Both the position numbers and the translations under genes were made by a program. The notes under the pieces are model-generated. The model saw nothing but the letters and a program-made list of their open reading frames with translations. It was not told where the DNA came from and searched no databases. From assembly GCA_950097015.1 (NCBI GenBank), contig CATNEN010000003.1, positions 13,950,001 through 14,014,000 of the forward strand: 64,000 bases of DNA. Direction: 5' to 3'. Positions 1 to 13,121 of this stretch are shown piece by piece. The stretch's first letter is position 1, and every line of letters starts with the position of its first letter. Source of the stretch: Macrostomum hystrix (taxonomy: Eukaryota; Animalia; Platyhelminthes).

Positions 1-77
1 ATTTTTCCACATTTTTCGATGCATATCGAGTCGACACTGACTTATTTCGCTACCCTAAAACCCTCAACATTTCATAG

Positions 78-537
78 ACCTACTCGGCGCACTCAATTAA
101 AGACGACCTGTTGAAGTCCTGCCACCAATTTGTCGCCGGGTTCGTCGCCTTAAAATCGGCGACATCTGCGGATTCTGTCGCTGGTTCGGAATCGATCACT
201 CTGCCGCACTGGCTAGCCTACTACGCGCCGATGCTGCAGCAGCAGACGTCGACGCGATCGGAGAGTCAATCTAGTCGACTGTGGGATCCTGCCAGTGTGC
301 TTGCCTCGTTGAGACGTCTGTGCTCCGGCCCGCAATTGGCTCAGACCTGGGCCCACCTCTGCGTTGGCGGCGGCGGCAGCGTTGACACAGTCGACGATCA
401 GCAGCTGATGCTGACCCAGTGCCAACTGGATGAGCCGGAGTTAAGCGAATTCGGCGTCTGTCTAGACTATCCGTCGGGGGGTGGGGGACTGGGCAGGTCT
501 GCCAGTACTGCTGGGTTGCCTGCGAGCACAGACGATG
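78..537 (+). CDS. ZFYVE26: ZFYVE26/spastizin ortholog, internal coding exon (first in window; gene starts upstream)
   Basis: Acceptor ttcatag| at 77 and donor |gtaggc at 538. Open frame matches ORF 111..581. The phase-1 end matches the next exon. Assigned by phase-continuous linkage to the diagnostic downstream exons. Confidence 0.7.
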
Positions 538-604
538 GTAGGCGATTGAAAAATGCTTCTGAGATTCTAGATTTAAAATAACTAGTAATTTTTTCTAGAA
601 AAGT

Positions 605-800
605 CTAAATTCTGTATACTCAAATCCCAATCCTGTATACTCAAATCCAAATCCTATATGTTGAAATCCCAATCCTATATACTCAAATCCAAATCCTATA
701 TGTTGAAATCCCAATCCTATATACTCAAATCCAAATCCTATATGTTGAAATCCCAATCCTATATACTCAAATCCCAACCCTAGATGCTCGAGTCGCAATT
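605..800. repeat. Minisatellite, 21-bp subunits in a 42-bp period
   Basis: Unit ctatatactcaaatccaaatc+ctatatgttgaaatcccaatc. Confidence 0.9.
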
Positions 801-844
801 CTATATACTGATATCTCAATTTATATATACAATTTTTACATATC

Positions 845-1065
845 CCGAATCTTCTCAAATCCCTAATCCTCTCAAATCCCTAATCTTCTCAAATCCCTAA
901 TCTTCTCAAATCCTAATCTTCTCAAATCCATAATCTTCTCAAATCCCTAATCTTCTCAAATCCCTAATCTTCTCAAATCCGAATATTCTGAAACTCGAAT
1001 GTTCTAAAATCTCGAATCTTGTCAAACTCGAATCTTTTTAAATTTTGAATCTTACATAACTCGAA
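845..1065. repeat. Minisatellite, 17-bp unit, decaying toward the acceptor
   Basis: Unit ctcaaatccctaatctt. Confidence 0.9.
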
Positions 1066-1083
1066 ATTTAAAAAATATTTTAG

Positions 1084-1655
1084 ACTCCCGGCGTCCCTAC
1101 AGCATCACCATGGCAACGCTGGACTATCTGCGTGACTCGTCGCCATTGCTAGCCACCCTAGTCAGCCTCGCCTGCCCAGAACAGGTGTCAGACAGTTTGA
1201 GTTTAACCCTTCATCTAGATCACTTCGCTACAGGAGTCGCAAATGTCAACAGCGCCAGCAATAGCAGCGGATTTGAGCACGTTTCTTCTCGCAGTCCAAT
1301 TTCTAGTAGCAACAACTCATCGGCGACATTGTGCGGCGTCGGTGGAGGAGCTGGTCGCGGTTCCGACGTCGGTTTCGGCATCGACATACGGAGCTACCTG
1401 TACCAGCGTTTGGCTCATTCATTTCCCCAGTTGGGTCAGCACGTGCTGCGGCATTTCGCTCCCATGGCACATAGTCCCGCAGTTGGTCCAGTGGAGTCGT
1501 TGCTGAAATTATGCAGCCGATCTCCTACGGAGGCCTGGACTGCCCACATGTACAAACGGATGTTGCATCATCCCGCCTCGGAGCCGCATCTGGCTATGGT
1601 GGCGCGAACTCTGGAGAGAATGGCCGAAACTGACGACTTTTCTCCGGCTCTGTCG
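1084..1655 (+). CDS. ZFYVE26: ZFYVE26 coding exon
   Basis: Acceptor attttag| and donor |gtgagt. Encodes ..TLDYLRDSSPLLATLVSLACP.., resembling spastizin as I recall it. Phase 1 in, phase 0 out. Confidence 0.8.
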
Positions 1656-1684
1656 GTGAGTTTCATCTTCCACTTTCAGTTACA

Positions 1685-4205
1685 ATCTTCCCACATCCCC
1701 AAAACTGAGCTACCATCTACCCAGATCCCCAAAACTGAGCTACCATCTTCCCACATCCCCAAAACTGAGCTACCATCTTCCCAGATCCCCAAAACGGAGC
1801 TACCAATATGCCAGATCCCCAAAACGGAGCTACCAATATGCCAGATCCCCAAAACGGAGATATAATTATATGCCAGATCCCTAAAACTGAGCTACCATCT
1901 TCCCAGATCCCCAAAACGGAGCTACCAATATGCCAGATCCCCAAAACGGAGCTACCAATATGCCAGATCCCCAAAACGGAGCTACCAATATGCCAGATCC
2001 CCAAAACGGAGCTATAATTATATGCCAGATCCCCAAAACGGAGCTACCAATATGCCAGATCCCCAAAACGGAGCTATAATTATATGCCAGATCCCCAAAA
2101 CGGAGCTACCAATATGCCAGATCCCCAAAACGGAGCTATAATTATATGCCAGATCCCTAAAACTGAGCTACCATCTTCCCAGATCCCCAAAACGGAGCTA
2201 CCAATATGCCAGATCCCCAAAACGGAGCTATAATTATATGCCAGATCTCCAAAACTAAGCTACCATCTTCCCAGATCCCCAAAACGGAGCTACCAATATG
2301 CCAGATCCCCAAAACGGAGCTACCAATATGCCAGATCCCCAAAACGGAGATATAATTATATGCCAGATCCCCAAAACTGAGCTACCATCTTCCCAGATCC
2401 CCAAAACGGAGCTACCAATATGCCAGATCCCCAAAACGGAGCTACCAATATGCCAGATCCCCAAAACAGAGCTAACAATATGCCAGATCGCCAAAACGGA
2501 GCTACCAATATGCCAGATCCCCAAAACGGAGCTATAATTATATGCCAGATCCCCAAAACTGAGCTACCAATATGCCAGATCCCCAAAACGGAGCTACCAA
2601 TATGCCAGATCCCCAAAACGGAGCTATAATTATATGCCAGATCCCCAAAACTGAGCTACCAATATGCCAGATCCCCAAAACGGAGCTACCAATATGCCAG
2701 ATCCCCAAAACGGAGCTATAATTATATGCCAGATCCCCAAAACTGAGCTACCATCTTCCCAGATCCCCAAAACGGAGCTACCAATATGCCAGATCCCCAA
2801 AACGGAGCTACCAATATGCCAGATCCCCAAAACGGAGATATAATTATATGCCAGATCCCCAAAACTGAGCTACCAATATGCCAGATCCCCAAAACGGAGC
2901 TACCAATATGCCAGATCCCCAAAACGGAGCTATAATTATATGCCAGATCCCCAAAACGGAGCTATAATTATATGCCAGATCCCCAAAACGGAGCTACCAA
3001 TATGCCAGATCCCCAAAACGGAGCTATAATTATATGCCAGATCCCCAAAACGGAGCTACCAATATGCCAGATCCCCAAAACTGAGCTACCATCTTCCCAG
3101 ATCCCCAAAACGGAGCTACCAATATGCCAGATCCCCAAAACGGAGCTACCAATATGCCAGATCCCCAAAACTGAGCTACCAATATGCCAGATCCCCAAAA
3201 CTGAGCTACCAATATGCCAGATCCCCAAAACGGAGCTACCAATATGCCAGATCCCCAAAACGGAGCTATAATTATATGCCAGATCCCCAAAACGGAGCTA
3301 TAATTATATGCCAGATCCCCAAAACGGAGCTACCAATATGCCAGATCCCCAAAACGGAGCTATAATTATATGCCAGATCCCCAAAACGGAGCTACCAATA
3401 TGCCAGATCCCCAAAACGGAGCTACCAATATGCCAGATCCCCAAAACGGAGCTACCAATATGCCAGATCCCCAAAACGGAGCTATAATTATATGCCAGAT
3501 CCCCAAAACGGAGCTACCAATATGCCAGATCCCCAAAACGGAGCTACCAATATGCCAGATCCCCAAAACGGAGCTATAATTATATTCCAGATCCCCAAAA
3601 CTGAGCTACCATCTTCCCAGATCCCCAAAACGGAGCTATAATTATATGCCAGATCCTCAAAACGGAGCTACCAATATGCCAGATCCCCAAAACGGAGCTA
3701 CCAATATGCCAGATCCGCAAAATGGAGCTACCAATATGCCAGATCCCCAAAACGGAGCTATAATTATATGCCAGATCCCCAAAACTGAGCTACCATCTTC
3801 CCGGATCCCCAAAACAGAGCTACCAATATGCCAGATCCCCAAAACGGAGCTACCAATATGCCAGATCCGCAAAATGGAGCTACCAATATGCCAGATCCCC
3901 AAAACGGAGCTATAATTATATGCCAGATCCCCAAAACTGAGCTACCATCTTCCCGGATCCCCAAAACGGAGCTACCAATATGCCAGATCCCCAAAACGGA
4001 GCTACCAATATGCCAGATCCCCAAAACTGAGCTACCATCTTCCCGGATCCCCAAAACGGAGCTACCAATATGCCAGATCCCCAAAACGGAGCTACCAATA
4101 TGCCAGATCGCCAAAACGGAGCTACCAATATGCCAGATCCCCAAAACGGAGCTACCATCTTCCCAGATCCCCAAAACTGAGCTACCATCTCCCCAGATAC
4201 CCAAT
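1685..4205. repeat. Minisatellite, 30/32-bp variant units, filling almost the whole intron
   Basis: Unit agatccccaaaacggagctaccaatatgcc with variants ..ctataattatatgcc (32 bp) and ..ctaccatcttccc. Confidence 0.97.
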
Positions 4206-4233
4206 GCAAACTGTCATCCTCCCAAATCCTCAG

Positions 4234-4746
4234 GTGTTGCAGTCCTGTCAGAGCCAGACCCGGGCTTGCCTACCAACCGAACGTTTAACGGACTGGCTCG
4301 TTAGTCGTTATTTATCCAGCGAGTCAAGCCTACGCGATCCGTCGAGCAGTCTGTCCTGCCTGTACTCAGTCTCCTGTCCCAGACTAGCTAGTCGACTCAC
4401 TCTAGCCTGTCTGAATCGGTTCTCAGCTAGTCGATGCGTTCAGCTGCTGAGCAGATGTCAACAGAGATTAGCGCAAGCCAGGTCGACTGGGTCGACAATG
4501 TCATCAGACGAAGCACTCGACGGTAAACTGTCGGATCGATTGAAAACTATTCAAGTTCTGGGCGATATAATGCGGGTGGCGAGAGAAAATTATTCGCCAA
4601 ATCAGGCGGTTCTGTGGCGTACCTGGTCCGAGCTTGAGGCGGACGACACAGACCGGATTCTTGACTTTCTACTGATCGGAGTTAAACAGTTCGATTTGGC
4701 CTTGCGTTGGGCGGCCTACTTCCGACCTGATGTCAGCACTAAAGAG
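4234..4746 (+). CDS. ZFYVE26: ZFYVE26 coding exon
   Basis: Acceptor cctcag| and donor |gtatgt; 513 nt, phase 0/0. Encodes VLQSCQ...WRTWSEL...KQFDLALRWAAY...STKE. Confidence 0.8.
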
Positions 4747-4750
4747 GTAT

Positions 4751-5167
4751 GTGTACTAGTTTACTAGTGTACTAGTTTACTAGTGTACCAGTGTACTAGT
4801 GTACTAGTTTACTAGTGTACTAGTGTACTAGTGTACCAGTGTACTAGTGTACTAGTGTCCTAGTGTACTAGTGTACCAGTGTCCTAGTGTACTAGTGTAC
4901 CAGTGTACTAGTGTACCAGTGTACTAGTGTACTAGTGTACTAGTGTATCAGTGTACTAGTGTACCAGTGTACTAGTGTACCAGTGTACTAGTGTACCAGT
5001 GTACTAGTGTACCAGTGTACTAGTTTACTAGTGTATATTGTGTACTAGTGTACCAGTGTCCTAGTGTACTAGTGTACCAGTGTACTAGTGTCCTAGTGTA
5101 CTAGTGTACCAGTGTACTAGTGTACCAGTGTACTAGTGTACCAGTGTACTAGTGTACTAATGTACCA
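4751..5167. repeat. 8-bp tandem repeat starting at the splice donor
   Basis: (gtgtacta/gtgtacca)n begins at intron position +5. Confidence 0.95.
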
Positions 5168-5194
5168 GCTTGCAAATCGTGACAGTAGTGAAGA

Positions 5195-5430
5195 GATGTA
5201 CAGGACGTGTGAAGATGTCTACATGACGTGTAAAGAGGTGTACAGGACGTGTGAAGTGGTGTACAGGACGTGTGTAAATGTGTAAAAGTGTACACTACTA
5301 TAGTACACATGTCCTAGTAGTACGCCTGTCCTAGTAGTACACCTCTCCTAGTAGTACACCTGTCCTAGTAGTACACCTGTCCTATAGTAGTACACCTGTC
5401 CTAATAGTACACCTGACATAGTACTAGGAC
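5195..5430. repeat. Short degenerate tandem repeats
   Basis: gtacaggacgtgtgaag-like units followed by the 17-bp unit tagtagtacacctgtcc. Confidence 0.8.
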
Positions 5431-6019
5431 AAACTTTGAAGCTGATTGATCACTGCAGCCACATTTCAATCAAATCCTTTTTGTGACATTTAGCATCAGG
5501 GGGACATCAGTCAGCGCAGTAGACCCGAAATTTCAGTATTTTTTCCCAAAGCATTCTTATTTCTCTAGAGCTGATGCATATTTGAGCTTATTTTGCATAT
5601 GATTTTGTTTCTACCAACATTATTTTATGGTAATGACAATGCATTTGTGCCAGTCCTGTATATTTAATGATTAAGGTTCAAGACATGCTGGAAAATGTTA
5701 TACTATGCTATGATGGCTGTATTTATGAGATATATTATTAAAGCGAACCATTAAGTTCCATGTGATTTTGATCGGTTACAAAATTAGTGCCGTGTTTGGG
5801 GATTCGAATGAATATTTACAGGTTGGACAGCTTGAGGTTCAAGCTGGGTGAAAAATATGGGCAAACAAAAATACGAAATTGCGAGTGCCATGGAGCAGAA
5901 AGTCAGTTGTTTTTTTAGAAAGGATTGATGGATAATATAGTGAGAGAGAAAAATGGTGAGTTAAACAGTCAGTCAGAATTGGGGATAGATTGGGTATATG
6001 GGTAAGAAAGACGAGTAGA

Positions 6020-6405
6020 TTAGGGGTGAGATAGACGAGGAGATGGGGGTGAGATAGACGAGGAGATAGGGGTGAGATAGACGAGGAGATGGGGGTGAGA
6101 TAGACGAGGAGATGGCGGTGGGATAGACGAGGAGATTGGGGTGGGATAGACGAGGAGATGGGGGTGGGATAGACGAGGAGATGGGGGTGGGATAGACGAG
6201 GAGATGGGGGTGGGATAGACGAGGAGATAGGGGTGAGATAGACGAGGAGATGAGGGTGGGATAGACGAGGAGATGGCGGTGGGATAGACGAGGAGATGGG
6301 GGTGGGATAGACGAGGAGATGGGGGTGGGATAGACGAGGAGATGGGGGTGGGATAGACGAGGAGATGGGGGTGGGATAGACGAGGAGATAGGGGTGACAT
6401 AGACT
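6020..6405. repeat. Purine-rich minisatellite, 23-bp unit
   Basis: Unit gtgggatagacgaggagatgggg. Confidence 0.95.
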
Positions 6406-6494
6406 GGGATGGCCTTGTCAGATAGACTGAGATAGTTGTGAAATAGACTGGGATATAGTGGTGAGTTAGTGAAATATAGACTCAAGATGTGCAG

Positions 6495-7040
6495 CTTATC
6501 AAGCTCCTCATGAACTCTAACATCGCCTCACTTACCCCACTCGCACAGCGGATTCTGTCCGCCAAGCTGCAAGGCATCGTCAGCAGTCGCGGCCTAGACG
6601 GTGATCAAGAATTCTACGCCGAGCTGTGCTCAACTGTGGAACGCGAAGGCGCCCAATTCGCACTACAATTATGCCGATCGATAATCGATAATCCTGACAT
6701 CGATCCGTCTCAACAATCGCCGTTAGCTGTGTTGCTATGCGCCTATTTCGCTTTAGAAAGATTGTCAGATCAGCTATACAGCGATGAGGTTGACGAGATC
6801 ATGGCTTGCCTGTTGGGATCTAGAATTCTGCTTATGCTGGGCAACCCGCCCGGTTATGGCCATCTGCGCTGCAGGCCTGAGCTCATTGTTGAGCAGCTCA
6901 TGATGAACTCAATGCCGGGCGAAGCTAAACGAGCCGCCGAGGTTTGGCTGTGCGAGCAGGAACTGCTGGGACGAAGCAGCGCCGGCGCCAAGGCTACCAT
7001 TGATGGCTTGGCTTTGGCCTATGCCAGGAAAGCGCTAGAG
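6495..7040 (+). CDS. ZFYVE26: ZFYVE26 coding exon (acceptor could alternatively give a start at 6480, same frame)
   Basis: Acceptor gtgcag| and donor |gtctgt; phase 0/0. Contains YGHLRCRPELIVEQLMMN and LAYARKALE, which match the spastizin pre-FYVE region as I recall it. Confidence 0.85.
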
Positions 7041-7468
7041 GTCTGTACTTTTAGAGCTCTCTGTAGATGGGCGTGGGAGATATTAGGGATGATAATGGGC
7101 AGGGAGGACTAGAATGGAAAGCCTGAGAAAATGGGAGGAAATTTGAGGAAAAAATTGTTAATAAGAAAATACGGGCACAGAGGGGAGTGGGGAAGAAAGC
7201 TGGAGGAGAGGGGAAGAATGTTGTAGGAGAAGGGAAGAAAATTAGTAAGATGGGAAGAGATATGGGGAGAGGGGAAGAAAGTTGCGAGAGAGGGGAAGAA
7301 AATGCGAGTGTTGGGGGAAGAAAATAAGTAGGAAGGGGGCAGAAAATACGGCGTAGAGGGGAAGAAAATGATAGACCAGTGTTCTTAACAAATATTTCGT
7401 GGATCAAATTAATTATGAATCGAGATGTGAAATTACTTATTGAAATATTCGCCAATATTTGAGCCCAG

Positions 7469-7988
7469 GTAGCAGCCATCGCGCCTCGTAGCGGCGTCGC
7501 CGGAAGCGGTGGCGGTGGCGCCGGCCTTCTAGAGCGTCAACGCAGCGCGTCGGAATGCAGTGTCCAGGTCACTCAGACTGTATTCAGCAGCGGTGTCAAC
7601 TCCAGTCAGGCTGACATGGCTAGTCTGGTTGGATTTCAGCAGCAGCAGCAGCAGCAGCCGTCATTGTCTCTAGTCGGGTCGAATTTTCGTCCGCCAAGTC
7701 AGCAGGTAGCCCGCTCCGCCTGGCTTCCAGACTCCATGGCTAGTAGGTGCATGTGCTGCGATCGGGAAAGATTCTCCATGTTCCAGAGGAGGCACCACTG
7801 CCGCTGGTGCGGCCGGGTGGTCTGCGGCGCCTGCTCCGAGGCTACGGTTGCCGGTGGCGGTGGCAGAGTCTGCAGCACCTGCGAACCGGTTGCTAGGCAG
7901 CAGCAGCAGCAGCAGCAGCGAACATCAACAGCTCAAACAGCTGGAACTGGTGGTGGCTATATGGATCAATTTCCAGCTACTCAGAAAG
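7469..7988 (+). CDS. ZFYVE26: ZFYVE26 exon encoding the FYVE zinc finger
   Basis: Canonical FYVE motifs WLPD, RRHHCRWCG and RVC with 8 Zn-ligand Cys. Acceptor cccag|, donor |gtgagt; phase 0 in, 1 out. Short CAG/polyQ tracts on both sides. Confidence 0.93.
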
Positions 7989-8129
7989 GTGAGTTTTTTT
8001 ATTTATAAGGTGAGCGTTTCGTAAATTAGAAGTGTGTAAAAAAATTCGTCACGGTAAAATGAAAGTAATTTTTTTTTTGGGCGCATGAGAAGACAAAATA
8101 GTGTCTTTAGCCGCGCCTTAAAAATATTA

Positions 8130-8810
8130 TCGAGTAGCGGCGCATCAAAGGATAAAAATAATCAAGTTGCGGTACATCAAAGAATAAAAGTAATTAAGTA
8201 GCGGCACATCAAAGGATGAAAGTAATAAAGTAGCGGCACATCAAAGGATAAAACTAATTAAGTAGCGGCACATCAAAGGATAAAAGTAATTAAGTAGCGG
8301 CCCATCAAAGGATAAAAGTAATAAAGTAGCGGCACATCAAAGGATAAAAGTAATTAAGTAGCGGCACATTAAAGGATAAAAATAATCAAGTAGCGGCACA
8401 TAAAAGGATAAAACTAATTAAGTAGCGGCGCATCAAAGGATAAAAATAATCAAGTTGCGGCACATCAAAGGATAAAAGTAATAAAGTAGCGGCACATCAA
8501 AGGATAAAAGTAATAAAGTAGCGGCACATCAAAGGATAAAAGTAATAAAGTAGCGGCACATCAAAGGATAAAAGTAATAAAGTAGCGGCACATCAAAGGA
8601 TAAAAGTAATAAAGTAGCGGCACATCAAAGGATAAAAGCAATTAAGTAGCGGCACATCAAAGGATAAAACGCGAGTAGCGGCACATCAAAAGATAATAAT
8701 AATATAGTAGCGGCACATCCAGGAGGTAAAAATAGTGGTGCAATGCATCAAAAGGAATGACACAGTAGCGGCACATCAAAAGAAAAAATAATATGGAGCG
8801 GCACATAAAA
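8130..8810. repeat. Minisatellite, 32-bp unit
   Basis: Unit aaagtagcggcacatcaaaggataaaagtaat. Confidence 0.95.
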
Positions 8811-9339
8811 ACATTCAGACTGCTATACTTGTCGATTCCTTCCTAGACAAAAAATGTTCTGTTCAAAGTCGTTAGTCGTAGTCGTAATTATTTTTTTCTC
8901 TGTTAGTTTTCTCCTAGTACGTTGTCCAGCGATTTCAAGCATAAAAGCTTTTACGAGTTTCATCTCGTAAAAAAAGTTTTTCTTTCTAAACTTCTTAGAA
9001 GGCCGAATTCTTTTTGGCGAAAGATAATTAGCAAACTTACGTGTTTAAAAATTAGAATGGACGTGTAATGCGCAGGAGACTGGACAGTTTTTATGCGCGA
9101 GGTTGTAGTGAAATTGATTTATATTATTCGCAGTTCTACGAGTATACTTCCTTAGCAAAAAGTAAGAAGTGTTTCAATCATGCGGTCGTGACTTTCCGCG
9201 GCATCTCTCCCGGCCTCACCCCTCGCAATGAAACCACTTTCAGCAAATTTTCTTCTGCTTCAAGAAAATAAGGCATGCGTTTTTCTTAGGGGACAGCGAC
9301 ACGAAAATAATGAAAGCGAGAGCGTTAGAAAAAGAGGTG

Positions 9340-11690
9340 AGATAGGTCAAATAAGTGTGAGATAACTAGCAATAGTGTGAGATTAGTATATCTTTGAGAT
9401 AAATAGATTTAGTGTGAGATTGATAGAGGTAGAGTGAGATTAATAGATATAGAGTGAGATTGATAGATGTAGAGTGAGATTGATAGAAGTAGAGTGAGAT
9501 TAATAGATGTAGAGTGAGATTGATACAAGTAGAGTGAGATTGATAGATGTAGAGTGAGATTGATATAAATATAGTGAGATTGGTTAAAGTAGACTGAGAC
9601 TAGTAGAAGTAGGGTGAGATTAATAGATGTAGAGTGAGATTGATAGAAGTAGAGTGAGATTAATAGATGTAGAGTGCGATTGATAGAAGTAGAGTTAGAT
9701 TGGTTGAAGTAGACTGAGATTGGTTGAAGTAGGGTGAGATTGGTAGAAGTAGGGTGAGATTAATAGATGTAGATTGAGATAGGTAGAAGTAGAGTGAGAT
9801 TGGTTGAAGTAGACTGAGACTGGTAGAAGTAGAGTGAGATTGATAGAAGTAGAGTGAGATTGGCAGAAATATAGTAAGATTGATAGAAATATAGTGAGAT
9901 TGATAGAAATATAGTGAGATTGATGGAAATATAGTGAGATTGATAGAAATATAGTGAGATTGATAGAAATATAGTGAGATTGACAGAAATATAGTAAAAT
10001 TGATAGAAATATAGTGAGATTGAAAGAAATATAGTGAGATTGATAGAAATATAGTGAGATTGATGGAAATATAGTAAGATTGATGGAAATATAGTGAGAT
10101 TGATAGAAATATAGTGAGATTGATAGAAATATAGTGAGATTGATAGAAATATAGTGAGATTGATAGAAATATAGTGAGATTGACAGAAATATAGTAAGAT
10201 TGATAGAAATATAGTGAGATTGAAAGAAATATAGTGAGATTTATAGAAATATAGTGAGATTGATGGAAATATAGTAAGATTGATGGAAATATAGTGAGAT
10301 TGATAGAAATATAGTGAGATTGATAGAAATATAGTGAGATTGATAGAAATATAGTTAGATTAATAGAAATATAGTAAGATTAATAGAAATATAGTGAGAT
10401 TGATAGAAATATAGTGAGATTGATAGAAATATAGTGAGATTGATAGAAATATAGTAAGATTGATAGAAGTAGATTGAGACTGGTAGAAGTAGGGTGAGAT
10501 TAGTGGAAGTAGAGTGAGATTAGTAGAAGTAGGGTGAGATTGATAGAAGTAGAGTGCGATTAATAGAAGTAGAGTGAGATTGGTTAAAGTAGAGTGAGAT
10601 TGGTAGAAATATACTGAGATTGGTAGAAGTAGAGTGAGAGTGAGATTGATAGAAGTAGAGGGAGATTGGTAGAAGTAGATTGAGATTGATAGAAATATAG
10701 TGAGATTGGTAGAAGTAGAGTGCGATTGGTAGATGTAGAGTGAGATTGATAGAAGTAGAGTGAGATTGGTAGAAATATAGTGAGATTGGCAGAAATATAG
10801 TAAGATTGATAGAAATATAGTAAGATTGATAGAAATATAGTAAGATTGATAGAAATATAGTGAGATTGATAGAAATATAGTGAGATTGATAGAAATATAG
10901 TGAGTTTGATAGAAATATAGTAAGATTGATAGAAATATAGTGAGATTGATAGAAGGGGGCGAGTGGGTCAGCGGCTAACGTCGCTGCCTCGCACTCCAAA
11001 GGACGCTAGTTCGATTCACCCTTTAAGTCACGATTAATTTCGGGACTTGTTGGGAGGTTTGGACAGTAGCGACCGGCGGAGGTGCACCATATTTCGTGCA
11101 ATCAAAGCTTGAAATAATAGCTTCGCTCCTACCTTCTGTGTGCCTGTTCTGCGTTGTGTGAGTTGTGTGCGTTGGCGCTGGGGCGTGAGGCCTTGTGGGG
11201 GGTGGCTGGAGGGCGGGTGTACACCAGCTTTCTGGACTTCCGTCAGCGCGATTGGATAAGTGTACACTCATCACCCGGCCCCCCCTGAGGACTGATTTCT
11301 TATCAGCCTTCCGCCCCGACTTGGTCTGCTCTGTGCGTGTGGGGCGGGGGTGGGGGACACTGCTGCCTATTCTGGGTGCCTCCTGCCCTCCCCGGCTGGT
11401 CTGTGCTGCTGTATGTGGTGCCTGCTCAGGGGAGGCGGCGCGATTGGCGCTAAGCGCCTAGTTCGCCGGTCTGGGGGCGTGCCGCTCCGTCGCTTGTGCG
11501 ACAAGTGCCCCAGGCCCCCTGCAGATAGATAGATAGAGAGATTGATAGAAATATAGTGAGATTGGTTGAAGTAGATTGAGATTGGTAGAAGTAGGGTGAG
11601 ATTGGTAGAAGTAGAGTGAGATTTGTACAAGTAGAGTGAGATAGAGACATATAAGGAAAGGTAAAGTAAGAAGTAGACAAGTAGAAGTAG
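9340..11690. repeat. Minisatellite, 20-bp unit, interrupted by the SINE at 10955-11537
   Basis: Units gagattgatagaaatatagt and gagattggtagaagtagagt. Confidence 0.95.
10955..11537 (+). mobile_element. tRNA-derived SINE (about 580 bp) inserted in a minisatellite
   Basis: Head ggggcgagtgggtcagcggctaacg (A-box-like) and tagttcgattc (B-box-like), GC-rich body, (AGAT)3 tail. Flanked on both sides by gagattgatagaa (10942-10954, 11538-11550). Confidence 0.75.
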
Positions 11691-11904
11691 AGAGGCGGTC
11701 AAGAGGCCGGTGGCTGGGATCTTACGGAAAATCTATCCGATACTATCGCCAACGATACATCATTAATTTATTTTTATTTTACTATACTAGCACGATGGCA
11801 CTTAGTGTATTCTACAGGGCGCACCTACGGTGTGGCAGTTAAACTGCACTAAACGACACTGCATTCTCGTTTTTGAACCAGTAAAATTTCACCAGTAAAA
11901 ATAT

Positions 11905-12838
11905 GTATAGACACCCTGCATGACTGCTCATTAGAGTCAGTTCTGGACACCCTACATGACTGCTCATTAGAGTCAGTTGTGGACACCCTGCATGACAGCT
12001 CATTAGAGTCAGTTGTGGAGTTGTGGACACCCTACGTGACTGCTCATTAGAGTCAGTTGTGGACACCCTACGTGACTGCTCATTAGAGTCAGTTGTGGAC
12101 ACCCTACGTGACTGATCATTAGAGTCGATTGTGGACACCCTACGTGACTGATCATTAGAGTCAGTTGTGGACACCCTACGTGACTGATCATTAGAGTCGG
12201 TTGTGGACACCCTACATGACTGCTCATTAGAGTCAGTTGTGGACACCCTACGTGACTGCACATTAGAGTCAGTTGTGGAGTTGTGGACACCCTGCATGAC
12301 TGCTCATTAGAGTCAGTTGTGGAGTTGTGGACACCTGCATGACTGCTCATTAGAGTCAGTTGTGGAGTTGTGGACACCCTGCATGACTGCTCATTAGAGT
12401 CAGTTGTGGAGTTGTGGACACCCTGCATGACTGCTCATTAGAGTCAGTTGTGGACACCCTGCATGACTGCTCATTAGAGTCAGTTGTGGACACCCTGCAT
12501 GACTGCTCATTAGAGTCAGTTGTGGACACCCTGCATGACTGCTCATTAGAGTCAGTTGTGGACACCCTGCATGACTGCTCATTAGAGTCAGTTGTGGACA
12601 CCCTGCATGACTGCTCATTAGAGTCAGTTGTGGACACCCTGCATGACTGCTCATTAGAGTCAGTTGTGGACACCCTGCATGACTGCTCATTAGAGTCAGT
12701 TGTGGACACCCTGCATGACTGCTCATTAGAGTCAGTTGTGGACACCCTGCATGACTGCTCATTAGAGTCAGTTGTGGACACCCTACGTGACTGCTCATTA
12801 GAATCAGTTGTGGACACCCTACGTGACTGATCATTAGA
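11905..12838. repeat. Minisatellite, 36-bp unit
   Basis: Unit gtggacaccctgcatgactgctcattagagtcagtt; some units carry an extra gttgtgga. Confidence 0.97.
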
Positions 12839-13121
12839 CGGACACTATTATCCTCTCATGTTACTGTGTGCGAATTCTCTTCTAGAAGCATTTGCGCGTT
12901 CGTTAAAGGCTTTAAGAAGGCAGACAATAAACTTGCTTTTAAAATGTGTTCGTATTGAAAGTTTATTGAAGCATGCCGAGCATGTGACACCACTTAGATT
13001 TTGCTTTTTATTTTTCTATGGCTTCACTGCATCACTTTTTTTAGAGAAGCCATGTTTATTTGAAATTGATAGAGAAATATTTCACACTGGCTTGACCTTG
13101 CCAGCTATTATTAAGCTGGAC

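Noticed and set aside
1717-4304. Many overlapping ORFs with QIPKTELPIC / MGIWHIGSSV repeats
   Set aside because: They are translations of a 30/32-bp intronic minisatellite. Frames shift at each 32-bp unit, and the flanking exons splice in phase across it.
11905-12838. CRISPR-like 36-bp repeats (also the 32-36-bp arrays elsewhere)
   Set aside because: Units are contiguous with no unique spacers, there are no cas genes, and the context is a eukaryotic intron.
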